From contig CDPCPM010000180.1 in the NCBI GenBank assembly GCA_976551045.1, forward strand, positions 25,048,001 to 25,112,000: a DNA stretch of 64,000 nucleotides. The letters run 5' to 3'. Numbering within the stretch: the stretch's first letter is position 1; each line of letters opens with the position of its first letter. Shown here in pieces: positions 23,451-36,509 of the stretch. The position numbers were made by a program, and so were the translations under genes. Origin of the DNA: Glaucostegus cemiculus (lineage: Eukaryota). The notes under the pieces are model-generated. The model was not told where the DNA came from. It saw only the letters and a list, made by a program, of their open reading frames with translations, and searched no databases.

Positions 23451-24929
23451 GGGTGGATGGCTGCTGTGATGGTTGCCATGGATGAATAAGTGTAGGTGTG
23501 TGTGACTCCTGGCACAATGTGAAGAGCAACAGTGCTGTGTTGTCAGAAGGGACTCGCGGCTGACTCTAGTGACTTTGAGCACACAAACATGTGCACTGTT
23601 TGCATTTCCTCAGTATCTGTGAAGTCAACTCGATCTTTCTGCTCAAATCTCTGGCATGGAACTTGAATCCACAAGCCTCTGGGGCAAGACTGAGCCATCG
23701 CTGTTTCTACAAAATCACCTTCTGCAAAACAAACTGAAAAATCTCTGCAGCACCCTTGATAAACTCCCCTGATTTTAAGTACCATTGGATGCATTCCATC
23801 TGCTCTTAGTGCCTTAGGAATATTTAAGCTCTGCTGTATTTAAGTACTGTTTACACACTTCCCCTCAATCACTTAGTGAGTTTATTCAGTGAGTACTTGA
23901 CATATAAAGATAACAAAGATGTCAGCTTCAACCCAAATGTTAGTTTTTATTTATTTACAAATATTTTCTTTATGGCTCAGTAACTGTTCACATTTGTGCA
24001 GTTTATCCACTGCCAAATGGAAGCCATTTCACTTTGTCCTTGAAATTTCCCCATTTTCAGCAATCTGCTTAGCCATTCAGCATTAGTCTGAACTACACCA
24101 CGAGGTTCTTCTGAAAGTTGTACATATTATTCCTGCAGCTCTGGCACTAACATTGTGCTTCTGATTGATTTAACATCCCTTGGCCAGGCAGTGCATGCAC
24201 TTCTCTGTGGTTCTGATAACAAAGTTTAGTAAATTTAGTTTAGTAAATATAGTTTCGATGACTCATAAAAAAGAAAATGCATTGGCTCTTTGCATGTTGC
24301 TCTTGAAGATGTTAACTTTCATCTGATCAGTACCAGACTTCAGAAAAACATTAGCACTTAACCTCTTAGGTGTGAAAATCAATATTTTTGTTCATAGTTT
24401 GTAGAGATACTTGCTGGATTTAATACCGATGTATAAGGTTGACTGTGGTCAAATCAGTGCATGAAAGCTAAGATTTATTTAGGAAAATCTATGTGCATTT
24501 TGCATATCTGGTATGGTAGGACAGGATTATTTTACATCAGAGCAAATTAAATAAAGGAATCCAGAGTCGGAAACATGCAGTGCTGTTTATTTCGGCTCTC
24601 AGTGACTGAAAATAAACTTTGGAATGCGAGTAAGGCTGCTTCTAGGTTATTTGGCGAGACTGCATCTATTCAGCTGGGTTTCCGGATGTGTTGGGACTGA
24701 AGTTCCGATGCAGCCGCTGTTCCTCAGGCAACACTCCTGGGAAACTAGAGCAGGTTGACTTCGGAGTAGCAAACATTGACCACTCCTGGGAAAACCATAC
24801 TTTTATAGAGCAGTCCCACACTTCTAAACCCAACATTTCTAACCTATTTCAACACTGATTTTTTTTCTCTCTCTCCCCCCCCCACCTCACTGCAAAATGC
24901 CTGACCCTCCACTTTCTCTGAGGCTTTTA

Positions 24930-25280
24930 GAACATAAGACATAGACCACAGAAGAGTACAGCAAAGGTACAGAGCCTTCAGCCATGATGAGTGAGCCAAA
25001 CATGATGCCAAATTAATCTAAATCTCTTCTGCCTACATTTGATCCATATCCCTCCATTCCTTGCATATTCATGTGCCTAACAGCCTCTTAAATGCCACTA
25101 TCATACCTGCTTCCACCACAGCCCCCTGGCAGCTCATTCTAGGTACCTACTACTCTATGTAAAAAAAGACTTGCCTTGCATATCTCCTTTAAACTTTTCT
25201 CCTCTCACCATAAATGCATGTCCTCTAATACTTGACATTTCAATCCTGGGAAAAAGATTCTGTCTACCCTGTCTATGCTA
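24930..25280 (-). mobile_element. CR1 LINE 3' fragment
   Basis: agaacataagacatagaccacagaagagtacagc tail, then ttccaccacagcccc..cattctagg..ctcctttaaac..tctaccctgtctatgc. Confidence 0.9.
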
Positions 25281-27529
25281 GCTTTTGTTCCTTCCTCCAT
25301 TGCTGTTGATAAGGCCCCAATCTCCTCCAGCAACATCCCCCTCCACTGACCTGCATTCCCTCCAATAAAACACTTACCTGACCACCGGTCTCCAACACCA
25401 CCTCATTTTGGGAAAATGGCCATGGTATATTTTCAGTTAAATTGAAAGGGAGCTTAATTTGGTGCAGTTGTGAGATCTTTGCACCCTTATTGTAGTTCAG
25501 TTAGAATTGTGCTTTGATTCACAGCAAGAACTGTGTGCGTTAAAACTAATGCTTTAGAAAGGAATGGCACTTGATTAGCTTGTGGGTGCATGCTGACTCA
25601 TGGTTGCAGAATGCAGCAGAGCATGAGGGTGAAGAAATGGTATACAATAGAAAGGCCTTCCCTTTGTATGTATGCCCATTGTGGAATGCACAAAGGAAAT
25701 TGGGTCAGTCCGAGACATGGATGTGGGCCGGACATGAGTGAGGCCCAGGTGTTGGGGAGTGGAGGTCAAGGACTTTGGGGAGGGACTGAGGCTGGGGACT
25801 GGTGGTAGGAAAAGTTGTGGAGATAGTGGGTAAAAATTAAGAGGAGAGGTCAGACTGGCAAGATAGTTCTAGGACCAAGCAGAGATTGAAAGAAAATTCA
25901 GGTCAACAGGTTACAGGAGATCGGAAAGCGATTCAAACTGAGAAATTGATGGGGGAGTGGATGAGGAATCATGGAGAGTCAGTGTGGGTGTGGAAGGTGG
26001 TTGCTTTGCAAATAGGTGGTTAAGGGTGTTTTTGTGCAGATTGGTAGTTGATGGGTCAGAGTAAAGGGGGTTGCTTTGAGCGTGGGATCCTGAGGAAGAG
26101 GTGCAAGTAAGCCCATTACCTATAGGGCATCCACATACAACTGACTACCAGTGCAGTAGTTTATGTTCTGGGATCTGCTCACCCAGGGCCCCTTTCAGTA
26201 ATGCCAATGCAGGTTTCAGAGGCATAATGGATGTTTGCTTGTATGTTAGATATTTGCAGGCCATTCTTGTGTGGACAAAAGAGCGGAAGGTGGTGCAAGT
26301 TGTGTACAGTTGGATGTCACTGTGAATGTCAGGGGCCCATTCTGCGTTAATGTCAGGTGCACAGATGATCAGGAAGGAGAATTGCACAACTTGCATAAAG
26401 TTCAGGATTTTTCTCTGTTTTAGTTGCTGTATTTTCCAAATTCTAAACAATACACCTAACCATTCCTACTTAAAAAGTTACTTTAATGGCTGTCATTCAT
26501 TCTGTCTGGGAGGTTTCCATTCCCAATGCAGCAACATCTGTGGCTGAATAAGCTCACAGTGCACGTGTCCTTGAAGTATCAATGATTAGCCTTTCTGCCA
26601 GCAGTAGCAATAAGTGGAATTCCTTTCTTCCTAACCAAACAAAAGCTTTCGATGATGAGGTTTAATGCTGTACGTTTTTCAGGCTTCTGGGGCAACAGGT
26701 TGAAGAGCCAACAGTGCATATAAAAATTGGGACATCCCGCACTTAATTTGTAGTTACTTGCTTAAAGATTGAATTGCGTCAAAATTTCTCAAGAAAAATT
26801 CTCGATGGACCAGAAACTCATTCAGCTTGGTCAATGAGCAGTAATTCTCAGTCCCACCATTTTGTTTCAATCATTTCAAAAGATCACTGTAACATTTGTT
26901 AGACCAGCTTGTTAAACCATCATAAACAGTCTATGATTTTCATTATTTGAGTCCGGGAGTTATTCCAGATGGTGATTGCTGGTTGATATTGTGATTGCTG
27001 GACAAGTCTGAATGTATACTTTCCAATTAAGTGCTACCCCCTCCTCCTCATCACAGCACCACCATATAAAGTCTCCTTGTAATACAGGGCAATAATCAAG
27101 AGTGTCTGCAAAGCAAATGCCTAAGTCAGACAGCTACAAATTTATAGTTTTGTCCACAATTAAAGTACCTTAAACAAATCATTCTCTTTACTGTAAATGG
27201 TTTCAAACATCAACTAACTGGTGATGGCTAATTGATGTAAAGTATTTGCTGGGATTTATTGAGGTTGCTGGAGATGAGATGCAGTTCTTGCTCTACACCA
27301 CTGGTAGCCACTGTTGTATCATTGTCTCCTCTTCAACACTATTTTAATAACATTATCGCACTTTTCTCCAGAAAGCTACGTGTTTAAAGCTTATGAAGAA
27401 AGGAGAGAGACCATGGGTGCAATGGAAGTTCAAGAAGATAACCAAACACAAGTGGAACTGCCTATTGACCAGGTTAGCACATAAAGATAATTTTAAAAGA
27501 TTATTTATGTGAGATACTACTGAAATAAA

Positions 27530-27910
27530 AAATAAAATCTTACATTTATTCACACCTTTCACAACCTCAGGATGTCTCCAGGCACACATTCAGTTAGGTA
27601 TACTTTGAAGTCCAGTGTCAGTTGTAATGTCGGAAACCTTGCGGCCTACTTGTACAGGGTGAGGTCCCATTCACAATAGTAGGTCCTCTTTCAAGCACTG
27701 TAGGTGTGGAATAATTATTGATCATCACACCAGAGGAAAATTCCTTTTCATATCTACCGAGAGGGCAAAAGAACTCCTGGTTTAACATCTCATTTGAAAT
27801 ATAGCACCTACAATGATAAAACACTCGCCGGGACCATCAAATTAGTTATTGCACTCAAATCCTTTGAATGAAGCTTAAACTCTCAATCTTCTGAATGAAA
27901 TGAGAGTGCA
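27530..27910 (-). mobile_element. Deu-domain SINE
   Basis: cttacatttattcacacctttcacaacctcaggatgtc..gttgtaatgtcggaaac..ctggtttaacatctcatttgaaa. Confidence 0.7.
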
Positions 27911-29864
27911 GTGGCCATCCTCAAACCAGGTTACCCACTGCTTCACAAATCAAAGTAGTATCTTCAGTTTGAGTGTGTGATTTCATCCACTATAGGTGCT
28001 GGGCAGTGTAACCATCAAAAATGTGCTTTCTTTATTTTGAAGCTCATAACTGCTTATAACTACTCTCCATCGATCTTCCTTATTTTGCTTCAGAACAGTA
28101 TTGAGGGAAAATTAAAGCTACTTCACATTTTCATGTTCTTACCACTTAGTAAAAGTTGGTGAGAATCTTAACTTCAAGAAAGCAGGATCTCTGCTTCACA
28201 TTTGGGGGCATTATTCCTCCACAGGAGAAAAAACTGTTCATCCACTTTTGCATTCTAGAGCTAATGGAAGATCTTTAGGTACAAAATGACTGATAGCCTC
28301 CAAGGAATTGTGCTGCTGCTTTTGCATGCAGAGGAAATGAAAGCTTTGTGGAGCAGAGTTCTTAAGATGAATTAATTTCTTAATTTTCATTGAGCTTACA
28401 TTAATATACTTGATCAGTAATTTAAGATTAATCAAACCACTCTTAGCAAGGCTGTTGTGAACTCGGAGTTCTGTGAAGTTTTGTTGAAGGTATACCTTAT
28501 CCGGAAACAATTGCTTCTTTTCCAAATAGTACTTGGGAAGAGGTTATTTATGGAAACACAGCAATAAAACATTGTACATATATAAAATACTTTGTTTAGA
28601 AAGAAATGTACAAGCTTCTTTATTTCACTTCTGCCAGCATTAAAACATTGGAGTTGCTTGGCCAGATGAACAGATGTTTTAAATAGTTGCACAGTAAGGA
28701 GGGGTAAACACCTATGTCATTGAGTAATATGGTGCAGCTCTGTGGTTGAACACTAAGGAATAAGAAATCTTATTACCTGTATTTCATTTGGTTTCAGCTG
28801 CCTTGTTCATATTATTGGGGTCTGTGACTTTTACTGCCTTTTAAACAGTAATGGGTTCATAGCATTCCCAGTTGAAAAATAGAGCCTTACTTATTCAACA
28901 TAGGTTTAACCCAAGGGAAAAAAAACAAAAGTGATAGTATTCTCTCTCTATAAAAGTCATTCAAATGTAGCAGCAGAAATATAGTTCATGTTTATTATAT
29001 CTACACAAACTTTTAAAATGTAAAATCCCTTGTTTTCTTCAATGACACACAGGAACACAGTGGAGGAAAATTTGTCATCTTACCTGGCCAGATGCACTCC
29101 TTAGGAAATATCAAAAGCATAATGCCTCATAGAACCTGTTTATCAAATTTTGTACTGGCTACTTACCCAATGCAGTCTTGAATTTGCTGATGCTTTCAGC
29201 ACCTATTATCTCCCGTGGGAGGCCATCTGCTATATTCATAGTATCATCTGCCTGTGATATGGAATGCCAATATTCAATTCCTTTGCCATCAATTGTACAG
29301 AATATTAGGTGCCACATATAACTGGCAGCTGATCTAAGATGAGTTTTAACCCAGGTTTCTTTGCATAAAATATTAATATTTTTTCACCAATAAAGCACTA
29401 GTTTTGCTTTTTGAGCTTAAACTACTGAAGTGGAGAAAAGACGCCACATGAAAGATGGAAAAAGCAAAAACAGGTTGGTTGCATGGTAAAGATGCTATTT
29501 CATAGTTTTGGGAACAGCTGGAAGATAAATAATTAATGATTTTGTTTCTTGACTGGTTTTGGCAAGTGCTTTCTCTTCAGTATCATAGTCTTCATCTTCT
29601 AACTCTTGCAAAGCCAAATATAAACTGGTTGATGTAAATATTGGCATTGCATGCTAAATAACTGTTGCAGTATCAACCAATGTCCTTGCAGTCATTTTAC
29701 TGGTTCTGCTCACATCAGTAAAAGTACTGCTAAGTTGAAGCATTTTCTAGAAAAGTGATTTGAGAGCAACTTGGCTTGCGTTTTTATTTTTCACTTACAT
29801 AGCTGGAAATAGGCATCTCAAAGTGAACAGTTATATCAAGTTGACATTAAACAAAAACAAGTCT

Positions 29865-30070
29865 CCAGGGCAGTGGGTAACACGCTGTTAGAGTACTATT
29901 CACCTACCTCCGGGATCTGGCTTTAAATCAAGCCAAGACAGATGGACTTAAAATCTCTTGCTCTCCAATGGCTGTTAAACATACTAAGTGAAATAAGTTC
30001 TGGCAGTCTAATTCTGGTTCCCAGTGGGCACGAGTTCACATTGGAAAACTGCCTTCACAATCCCAGTTGG
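29865..30070 (+). mobile_element. LF-SINE-like ancient SINE, 5' half
   Basis: ttcacct..ctggctttaaatcaagccaag..atggctgtt..taagtgaaataagtt..gtctaattctggttcccagtgggcacgagttcacattggaaaactgccttcacaa is collinear with my recollection of the LF-SINE consensus. Confidence 0.5.
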
Positions 30071-32469
30071 ATGTAAAAAGAAACAAAGGAAAACCAACCG
30101 TCTTAAAAACATTAATTATATCCTTACTGACACGAGATATAGCTGCCTCGAGAGCTTCAAAGGATACAGCAAAGCTTTATTTCTGCATTTCCAGTTACAC
30201 AAAATTTAAAGTTGCATTTTTGATCAACTGGTTTTATTAACAATGATACGAACTACTGTGGATTTAATGAAGCGTACCAAAGATTTGTTTATAGCATGAG
30301 GAATGCTGAGTGGAATCAAATTCCAAGAGTGGCTGGGTCACTCATTGAAGTGTCACACTCTGCAACCCCCTGTCATGATAGGATTGATGGTCTTGGAGAT
30401 GTCATTACATTAGATTATCTTGTGCTGTCTGATTCCATATAACTGCTTTCAGCTGTTCTGTACACAGGCTAAGTACTAATGCTACAACTGACCTTTGAGA
30501 TGAGATAATGAAACAACTCGAGCAACAAGAGCAAAATCCCGGTTCCTATTAATCCATTAGCTCCCAACATGAGAATTAAATAGCAGATACTGATGCTGTA
30601 GGAATACTCTTCCAGTTCTATTTCACATGTATAAAAAGACTGTGTCAGCACTTTACAGTGAAATTTGATTCCATTAAAACATTTAAGCTCACCCCCACAA
30701 AATGATGATCTCAGCTTTGTCCTAAGGATAAAAATAAACATAATTAAGTCTTAATACTCTGCCAAACTATTCTTAGCACAAGGATGAATTTTTTTTGGAA
30801 AAAATACAAGCTATGAGTAGTTCCAAATAAATGCCCAGTACTTCAATTTTTATCATTGCATCATTTATTCCTGCATTCAGATTGGGCTTGAACTGAGTTC
30901 AAAATCACTCTGTGTATGATTTTTCATGCTGGTTATTGAAGGTGAAGCCTTGGTATGAATTTTGGCTCATTTCCAGAAATGAATGTGCCATTAATCAGTC
31001 TATTCTTCTTACACATACTGAACTGTGAAGCAAGATGTATATTTATTTCACAGGTGTTCATATGCTGATTCACTTTGAGAAGACCAACAAACATCTTTGC
31101 CAGATAGTTTAGATAAGTTTTATTTATTTTCTTAACCAACTCATTCAGTAATTAATGGTAGCATTATATATGTCTGTACAATGAAAACAATGAGTGTAAT
31201 TGATATAATTACTTTAGCTGGCTTAATTATTAAATGTTTTACTGCAGCTTCCTCAACAATATGGGATTCATGCAAAGTCGATCATTATTCTGTTCCCTAA
31301 ATCCCCTTATTTTATAAAATCTAGAACATAATAGTGGGATACAAATACCACTTTTTAGTCACATAATTTGTGAAAGGGGAGAAGTGATTGTGGAAGTAAG
31401 CAAGTGTCATTATTTCTGTTAGCAAAATTTTATCTTAGCACAACCATGGCATTATGTAAGCTTTGTGTTTAAGGTCAATAATGGAATGAGTAAATCTGTG
31501 AGGAGGAACTGTAATGGACTTTTTGTCTATAATTACTGCTAAACTGAATTTTACTCATAGGGTGTAATGAGAGAGAGAGGAAGATGGCAATGGGCTTGCC
31601 GGAATTTGTATTTCAGAGATGCACTGGACTCTCAGTGGGACAATGGTCAGGTTGCATGAAGGAAGGCCAAAATCAATAGCAAATACTTGCTGCTGAAAAG
31701 TAATTAGGGTTAGATTTACAGGAATAAGTTAGATTGCTGGCAGTCCCGATGGTCAGTAGCCAGTTATGCAAATCCATTCCTTAATCTCTTAGTGTGAACA
31801 TTTTTTGAAAAAGAAAATAGTTGGATATTAATTACTCATTCAATAAAAGCACTTTAGAATCCAATATAAATACGAGTAATTACAAACAAAGCTATAATAA
31901 ATCACCTTATGCACATAGCAATAGCTATTCAAAAACAGATTAAATGTGCTAAATTAGTTGTAAATGTCTTTGGCTTTGATTTCAACAGGACCTGCTTTTA
32001 AAGAAAGAGTTCAATGTGGGAAATTCAGAGGTCTAGGGGCTATGGAATTATAACTTTACAATGTAGCCTTTTCTTCCCCATAGAATGCTTGTCTGGAAGT
32101 CAATCTATCGACCAGGTTGGCTTCTTGTTGGCTGGTGATAATGGTTGGGGTGGTAGTGGTGGAGAATGCATTCGCTAATCCTATTTTAAGTCTGTGGAGC
32201 AGCAGAAATGATGGTCCATTGACAGAGGTAACTTGGATGTAGTGCTGGAAAGTACACGTAACTTTCTGAGGTTGTCTTTATGCCCAGACCAGTAGGCTGT
32301 GGAGGCCTGGGAAAGCAGGCTGCCAAGGATTAATAATATTAATTCCAGAGGTGGACAGATTGGATGAAGATTGAAAATCAGAAAATTGTTATCAGTCATC
32401 CAACCAAACACACCTGACTTAAGAATTTCACTGTTTCTGGGAATAGTAATAAAGTGTTTTTGTTAGCAG

Positions 32470-33660
32470 AGTAATGATCTGGAGACATGAATCCAAATCT
32501 GTCACAGCAGCTGAGGAATTTTGTTAAATAAATTCAGTTAATTGAATAATATGAGGTAAAAAATATCAGAAACAGTGGCCACAAAATTACCAATGAGTAT
32601 AAAACTCATCTGGTTCACTAAAATCTTTTAGGAAATGGTATCTATCAATATTCCCCTATTTGGCAGATACATTGCTTATGAACCACAACAATGTGGTCGA
32701 CTTTTAACTACCATCTGAAATGGCCTAGCAAATAACTTGATTGTGTTGAACTAATTCTTTAATACATAAGAAGGAAATTAGATGGAACACTTAACATCAA
32801 TGAAAACTGTGGATTCTGGCATACAAAAGCACATCCTGCACAATCAACACTGCACTGTCCTCTTCGTAAACATTCGGTACCTCTGCTAAAGTTGGGGGAG
32901 CTGTCCCACAAACTGGTCAAGCAACGTTGACTAAAACATGCTCACAGAATTATGTCTGCCAAGTAACATCTAAACCCCTCCATTTTTTTCACTGGATATG
33001 TTCTTTCCTACCAGAGGTGACTGTTCATCATTCTAAGGTCAAGAGGGAGTGACCTTGGGAGTCATCAACTTTGGCCCTGGATACCATGAAGACTCAGGGT
33101 CTAATGAGGTCAAGAAGACCTCTAACCAATTATTACCTTTCTTCAATTACAGAATCAGTACTCTTTCAAGGTTGAACCTCACTTGAAAGACACATTGAAG
33201 ATAGGAAAGGCACAAAATGTATGCTGAATAAAAGGCTTCAATGATCATCATTAAGGGCACCACCACTGATTGAGCTTGGCTAGTGCTCGTGGACCAGGAT
33301 AATGGAGTGCCAGACTAGGTCTAAGGCAAGTGGTGAGAGAACCATCATGAAGAAAATGTGAGGAAAAGGCATTCCTAAACCTCATCTCAGTCCATTTACT
33401 TGTTGTAGATGCATCTGTCCATGTCAATATTAGTAGGAGATATCCCTTATTGGCACTGTCTATCCAGTTGCATGGCACTACCACTGTGATGGACAGCATA
33501 GACCGAAGAGTTCAAATTTTGGCTATTGAGAGTTGATGTGGACCATCAGCATGTATGCTAAAGACTGGAAGCAGCACACAGTATGCAAAGGCGTGTGACT
33601 CCACAACCAACAGTCCTCACACATCCAATTGTGGAAGGCAGTGAACACATAAACAACTCC
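32470..33660 (+). mobile_element. Old non-LTR retroelement of a second CR1/L2-group family (5' and endonuclease region)
   Basis: aatgtggtcgacttttaactaccatctgaaatggcctagc, ggggagctgtcccacaaactggtcaagcaa and gttgaacctcacttgaaaga. It is the reverse counterpart of 63400-64000. Confidence 0.6.
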
Positions 33661-34631
33661 TTCAGCTTGTCCTTCATCACCTTCATTTCATTCTTCATTT
33701 CATCATTTGGATTCTTGCATTTTCTTCCTCAACTATTGTCTCTTTCACAAACTTTGTGAATTTTCATTTTGGTTCTGTTTTTTTGTTTTACTCTCATATT
33801 TTTCTGTATTATGTCCTAATTTCTATGTCGTCCATCTCTCAACATGCCACATTTCTTGATGTAGCCCCTCTTTCAATATACTTCACTGCTCCTAAATATA
33901 AATCTCTCTTTTTGTTTTATATCCCCTCTGTCTAAATCTGTCCTTTGAATCTCCTTGGAATTCCCTCTCCTGGACTTTGAGAGTTCTTGACATTGCTCTG
34001 ATTGATCCCACCTTCAATTGATCTCTCAGAACTTGAAATTAAGTTGTATTGCTTTGTTTGTTATTTTGACCATCCATCTAGGACTGGATCTATACAACAA
34101 ACATTAGGGACCCTTGGGGAGTTGTATGTCATGGCTTTAGTGGAATTCTGAGTTATGCAAAAGAAGTTCGTAATGACCCAAAGCCACTAGTTTAAATAGA
34201 ATCATGAAAATAAGCTGCTGAGGAGCAACACTACCCAAATGTGGATCGCCTGCTTCGGGAGGGAGGGAAAATGTATATAAATACACAGGACTCATTCACT
34301 GTGTTTTATTATCACACCAGGTACTTTACAATTCAGGTAGAGCAGCAAGTTTTATTAGAGCATCAAACTTGGATAGCGGTGCATGAAATACAATGGGATT
34401 CTCACTGATAAATTTAATGGATTTTAATTAATTCAGATGTATTTTAAGAAAATACTGTACCTGGGTTTAGGAAATTATTGATATATGGTAACACCATCAG
34501 AAGTGATATTTAAGCAGTATTTAATTGTGCATATGTTAGCTACAGAATTTAAGGACAAATGAAAATGGTGATTAAATTGCATTTATTTATGAAAACTACC
34601 TTTAACAATTTATATTATACTATAACAAGTT

Positions 34632-34946
34632 ATAAGGGTGAAAATGGCTAACACGAGGGGGCCTAATTTTAAGGTGATTGGAGGAAGGTGTAGGGGGGAT
34701 GTCAGAGGTAAGTTTTTTACACAGAGTGGTGGGTGTGTGGAACGGACTGCCGGCAGAGGTTGTGGGGGCAGGTACATCAGAGACATTCAGGAGACTCTTA
34801 GATAGCCACATGAATGATAGAGAAATGGGAGGGAAGGGTTAACATTTGGAGGGAAGGGTTAGATAGATATTAGAGCAGGATAAAATGTTGGCATAACATT
34901 GTGGGCTGAAGGGCCTGTACTGTGCTGTAATGTTCTATGTTCTATA
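34632..34946 (+). mobile_element. CR1 LINE 3' fragment
   Basis: ttttacacagagtggtgggtgtgtggaacggactgcc, tail gggctgaagggcctgtactgtgctgtaatgttctatgttcta, and an internal 14-bp duplication ggagggaagggtta. Confidence 0.9.
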
Positions 34947-34959
34947 TAGAATTTATGTA

Positions 34960-36030
34960 TGCAGTAGCAACACATTCAAAAGCATTTCACAGAAACAATA
35001 TTCAAACAACATAGTTCTAAATTTAAAGTCAGACTGTCAATGGTGGAATGAAAGTGGACAGATGAATGCGGAGGTTTATTGGGCTATAGAATGTTAGAGA
35101 TGGTGAGGTTGAGGAAACAGATTTAAGTGGCTGAAAAGTGTGATGTTTTAAGATTTTGAGAGATTGGGCTAGTATGGCTGATGCGCTGAATTTAGTTTGA
35201 GATGGGATATAGATAGCAGAGTTTTGAATGGGCTGATGTTCAGGGATGGTAGAATACTAGACCTAGTATTGGAGTAATTGAAGGTGGAGATAGATAAAGC
35301 ACAAATGAATATTTCGTCAGCAGATGGGATAAAATTGGGCAGAAGTGGGCAGAGTTATGGAAGTGAAAATAGCCAGTCTGTGGAACTGAGACCTCAGGAC
35401 ACTAGGGTCTGGACAAGTCTGGTCCAACCAGAGACAGTGAAAATGGTGGTGTGACTTGAGATGCATGAAATCTGTGGCAGGAGCTATGCTGTTCCTAAGT
35501 TTTGCTGGAGAAAATTAAAGCAGCACTGGGCGTTACCAGGAATCTGAACGACACAGAGAAGGTGAGTTTTGAAAGAGGTAGTGGAGTGGTAAAGTAGGGT
35601 GATTGTCAGCAAACAAAGGGAAACTGACCATGCATTTCCTTGTGGTGACACCAAGACATTAAGATAAATTATGAGGGTGAGTTTGGGGTGGGTAGTGGGG
35701 ATGGAACCGTTTCGTGGTGGGATGGTGCAAGATGTGATAATGTATGAGAGGGAGGAAGAAACTCTTAATACAGATGCTTTGATAATGTTTGAGTAAATGC
35801 AAATTAGATCAGTTATAGGCAACTAGAGATTTGAGGAGAGGCAATGGAGGAAGAAAGTGCATTTAACCCCATTGAAAGCTGTGAGCAGTTGAAGACAGCA
35901 AGGTGGGATTTGATATTGTGGTAATGATCCAAAAAAGTGTTTGTGACATTGGTTAGGAGTGTTTTGGTGTAATGGAGAAAGTAGAAACAATATTGGAGGG
36001 GCAGGCATGGACCTACAATGTTACAATGCA
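34960..36030 (-). mobile_element. Very old L2-type LINE fragment
   Basis: Purine-rich + strand. The minus strand carries degenerate RT-like segments (accaatgtcacaaac for KVTND, ccttgctgtcttcaactgctcacagctttcaatggggtt for LLDLSAAFD). Confidence 0.5.
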
Positions 36031-36363
36031 TTTCACAACTGTCTTCATTGTTTTTTTCAAAGAAACTTGCTAGTGGAGGTGAATAAAGATTTATTATGCA
36101 TCAAGTAGCATTTAAAACCTGCAGTGAGGTTCTCATCTGTTCAATGAGTTAAAACTCTGGCAGCTGATCCCAAGTACCTGTGTAGAGGAGGTGCTGGCAT
36201 TATTTTTAATGGCCTATCCAAGTGAGAATAGTAAGAGAGGGCTATAGCTCCTGATTGCTTTTCAGCTCTCTGTGTTGGAAAGTTTTTTTATGCTGGACTT
36301 TGAATGAACAATGTAAATCTCTTCAGTAATAATGTCAAAAATTGAACATATTGCTTCCATTTG

Positions 36364-36398
36364 CTCTCTCACTCTCTCACTCACTCACTCTCTCTCTG
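36364..36398. repeat. (CT)/(CTCA)n microsatellite
   Basis: ctctctcactctctcactcactcactctctctctg. Confidence 0.9.
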
Positions 36399-36509
36399 TG
36401 TATAGTCACAAGGCTTTGGAAAGTGGGCAGCACCTTTTGTTACTACAATTTCTTTATAATACCTGTGTTGAATACTATACTATCACTATCTTAGAAGAAG
36501 CATTTTAAA

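Noticed and set aside
25400-26420. Non-autonomous DNA transposon with TIRs around a G-rich core (a similar block lies at about 41740-42400)
   Set aside because: The terminal inverted similarity is too short and degenerate to support by eye.
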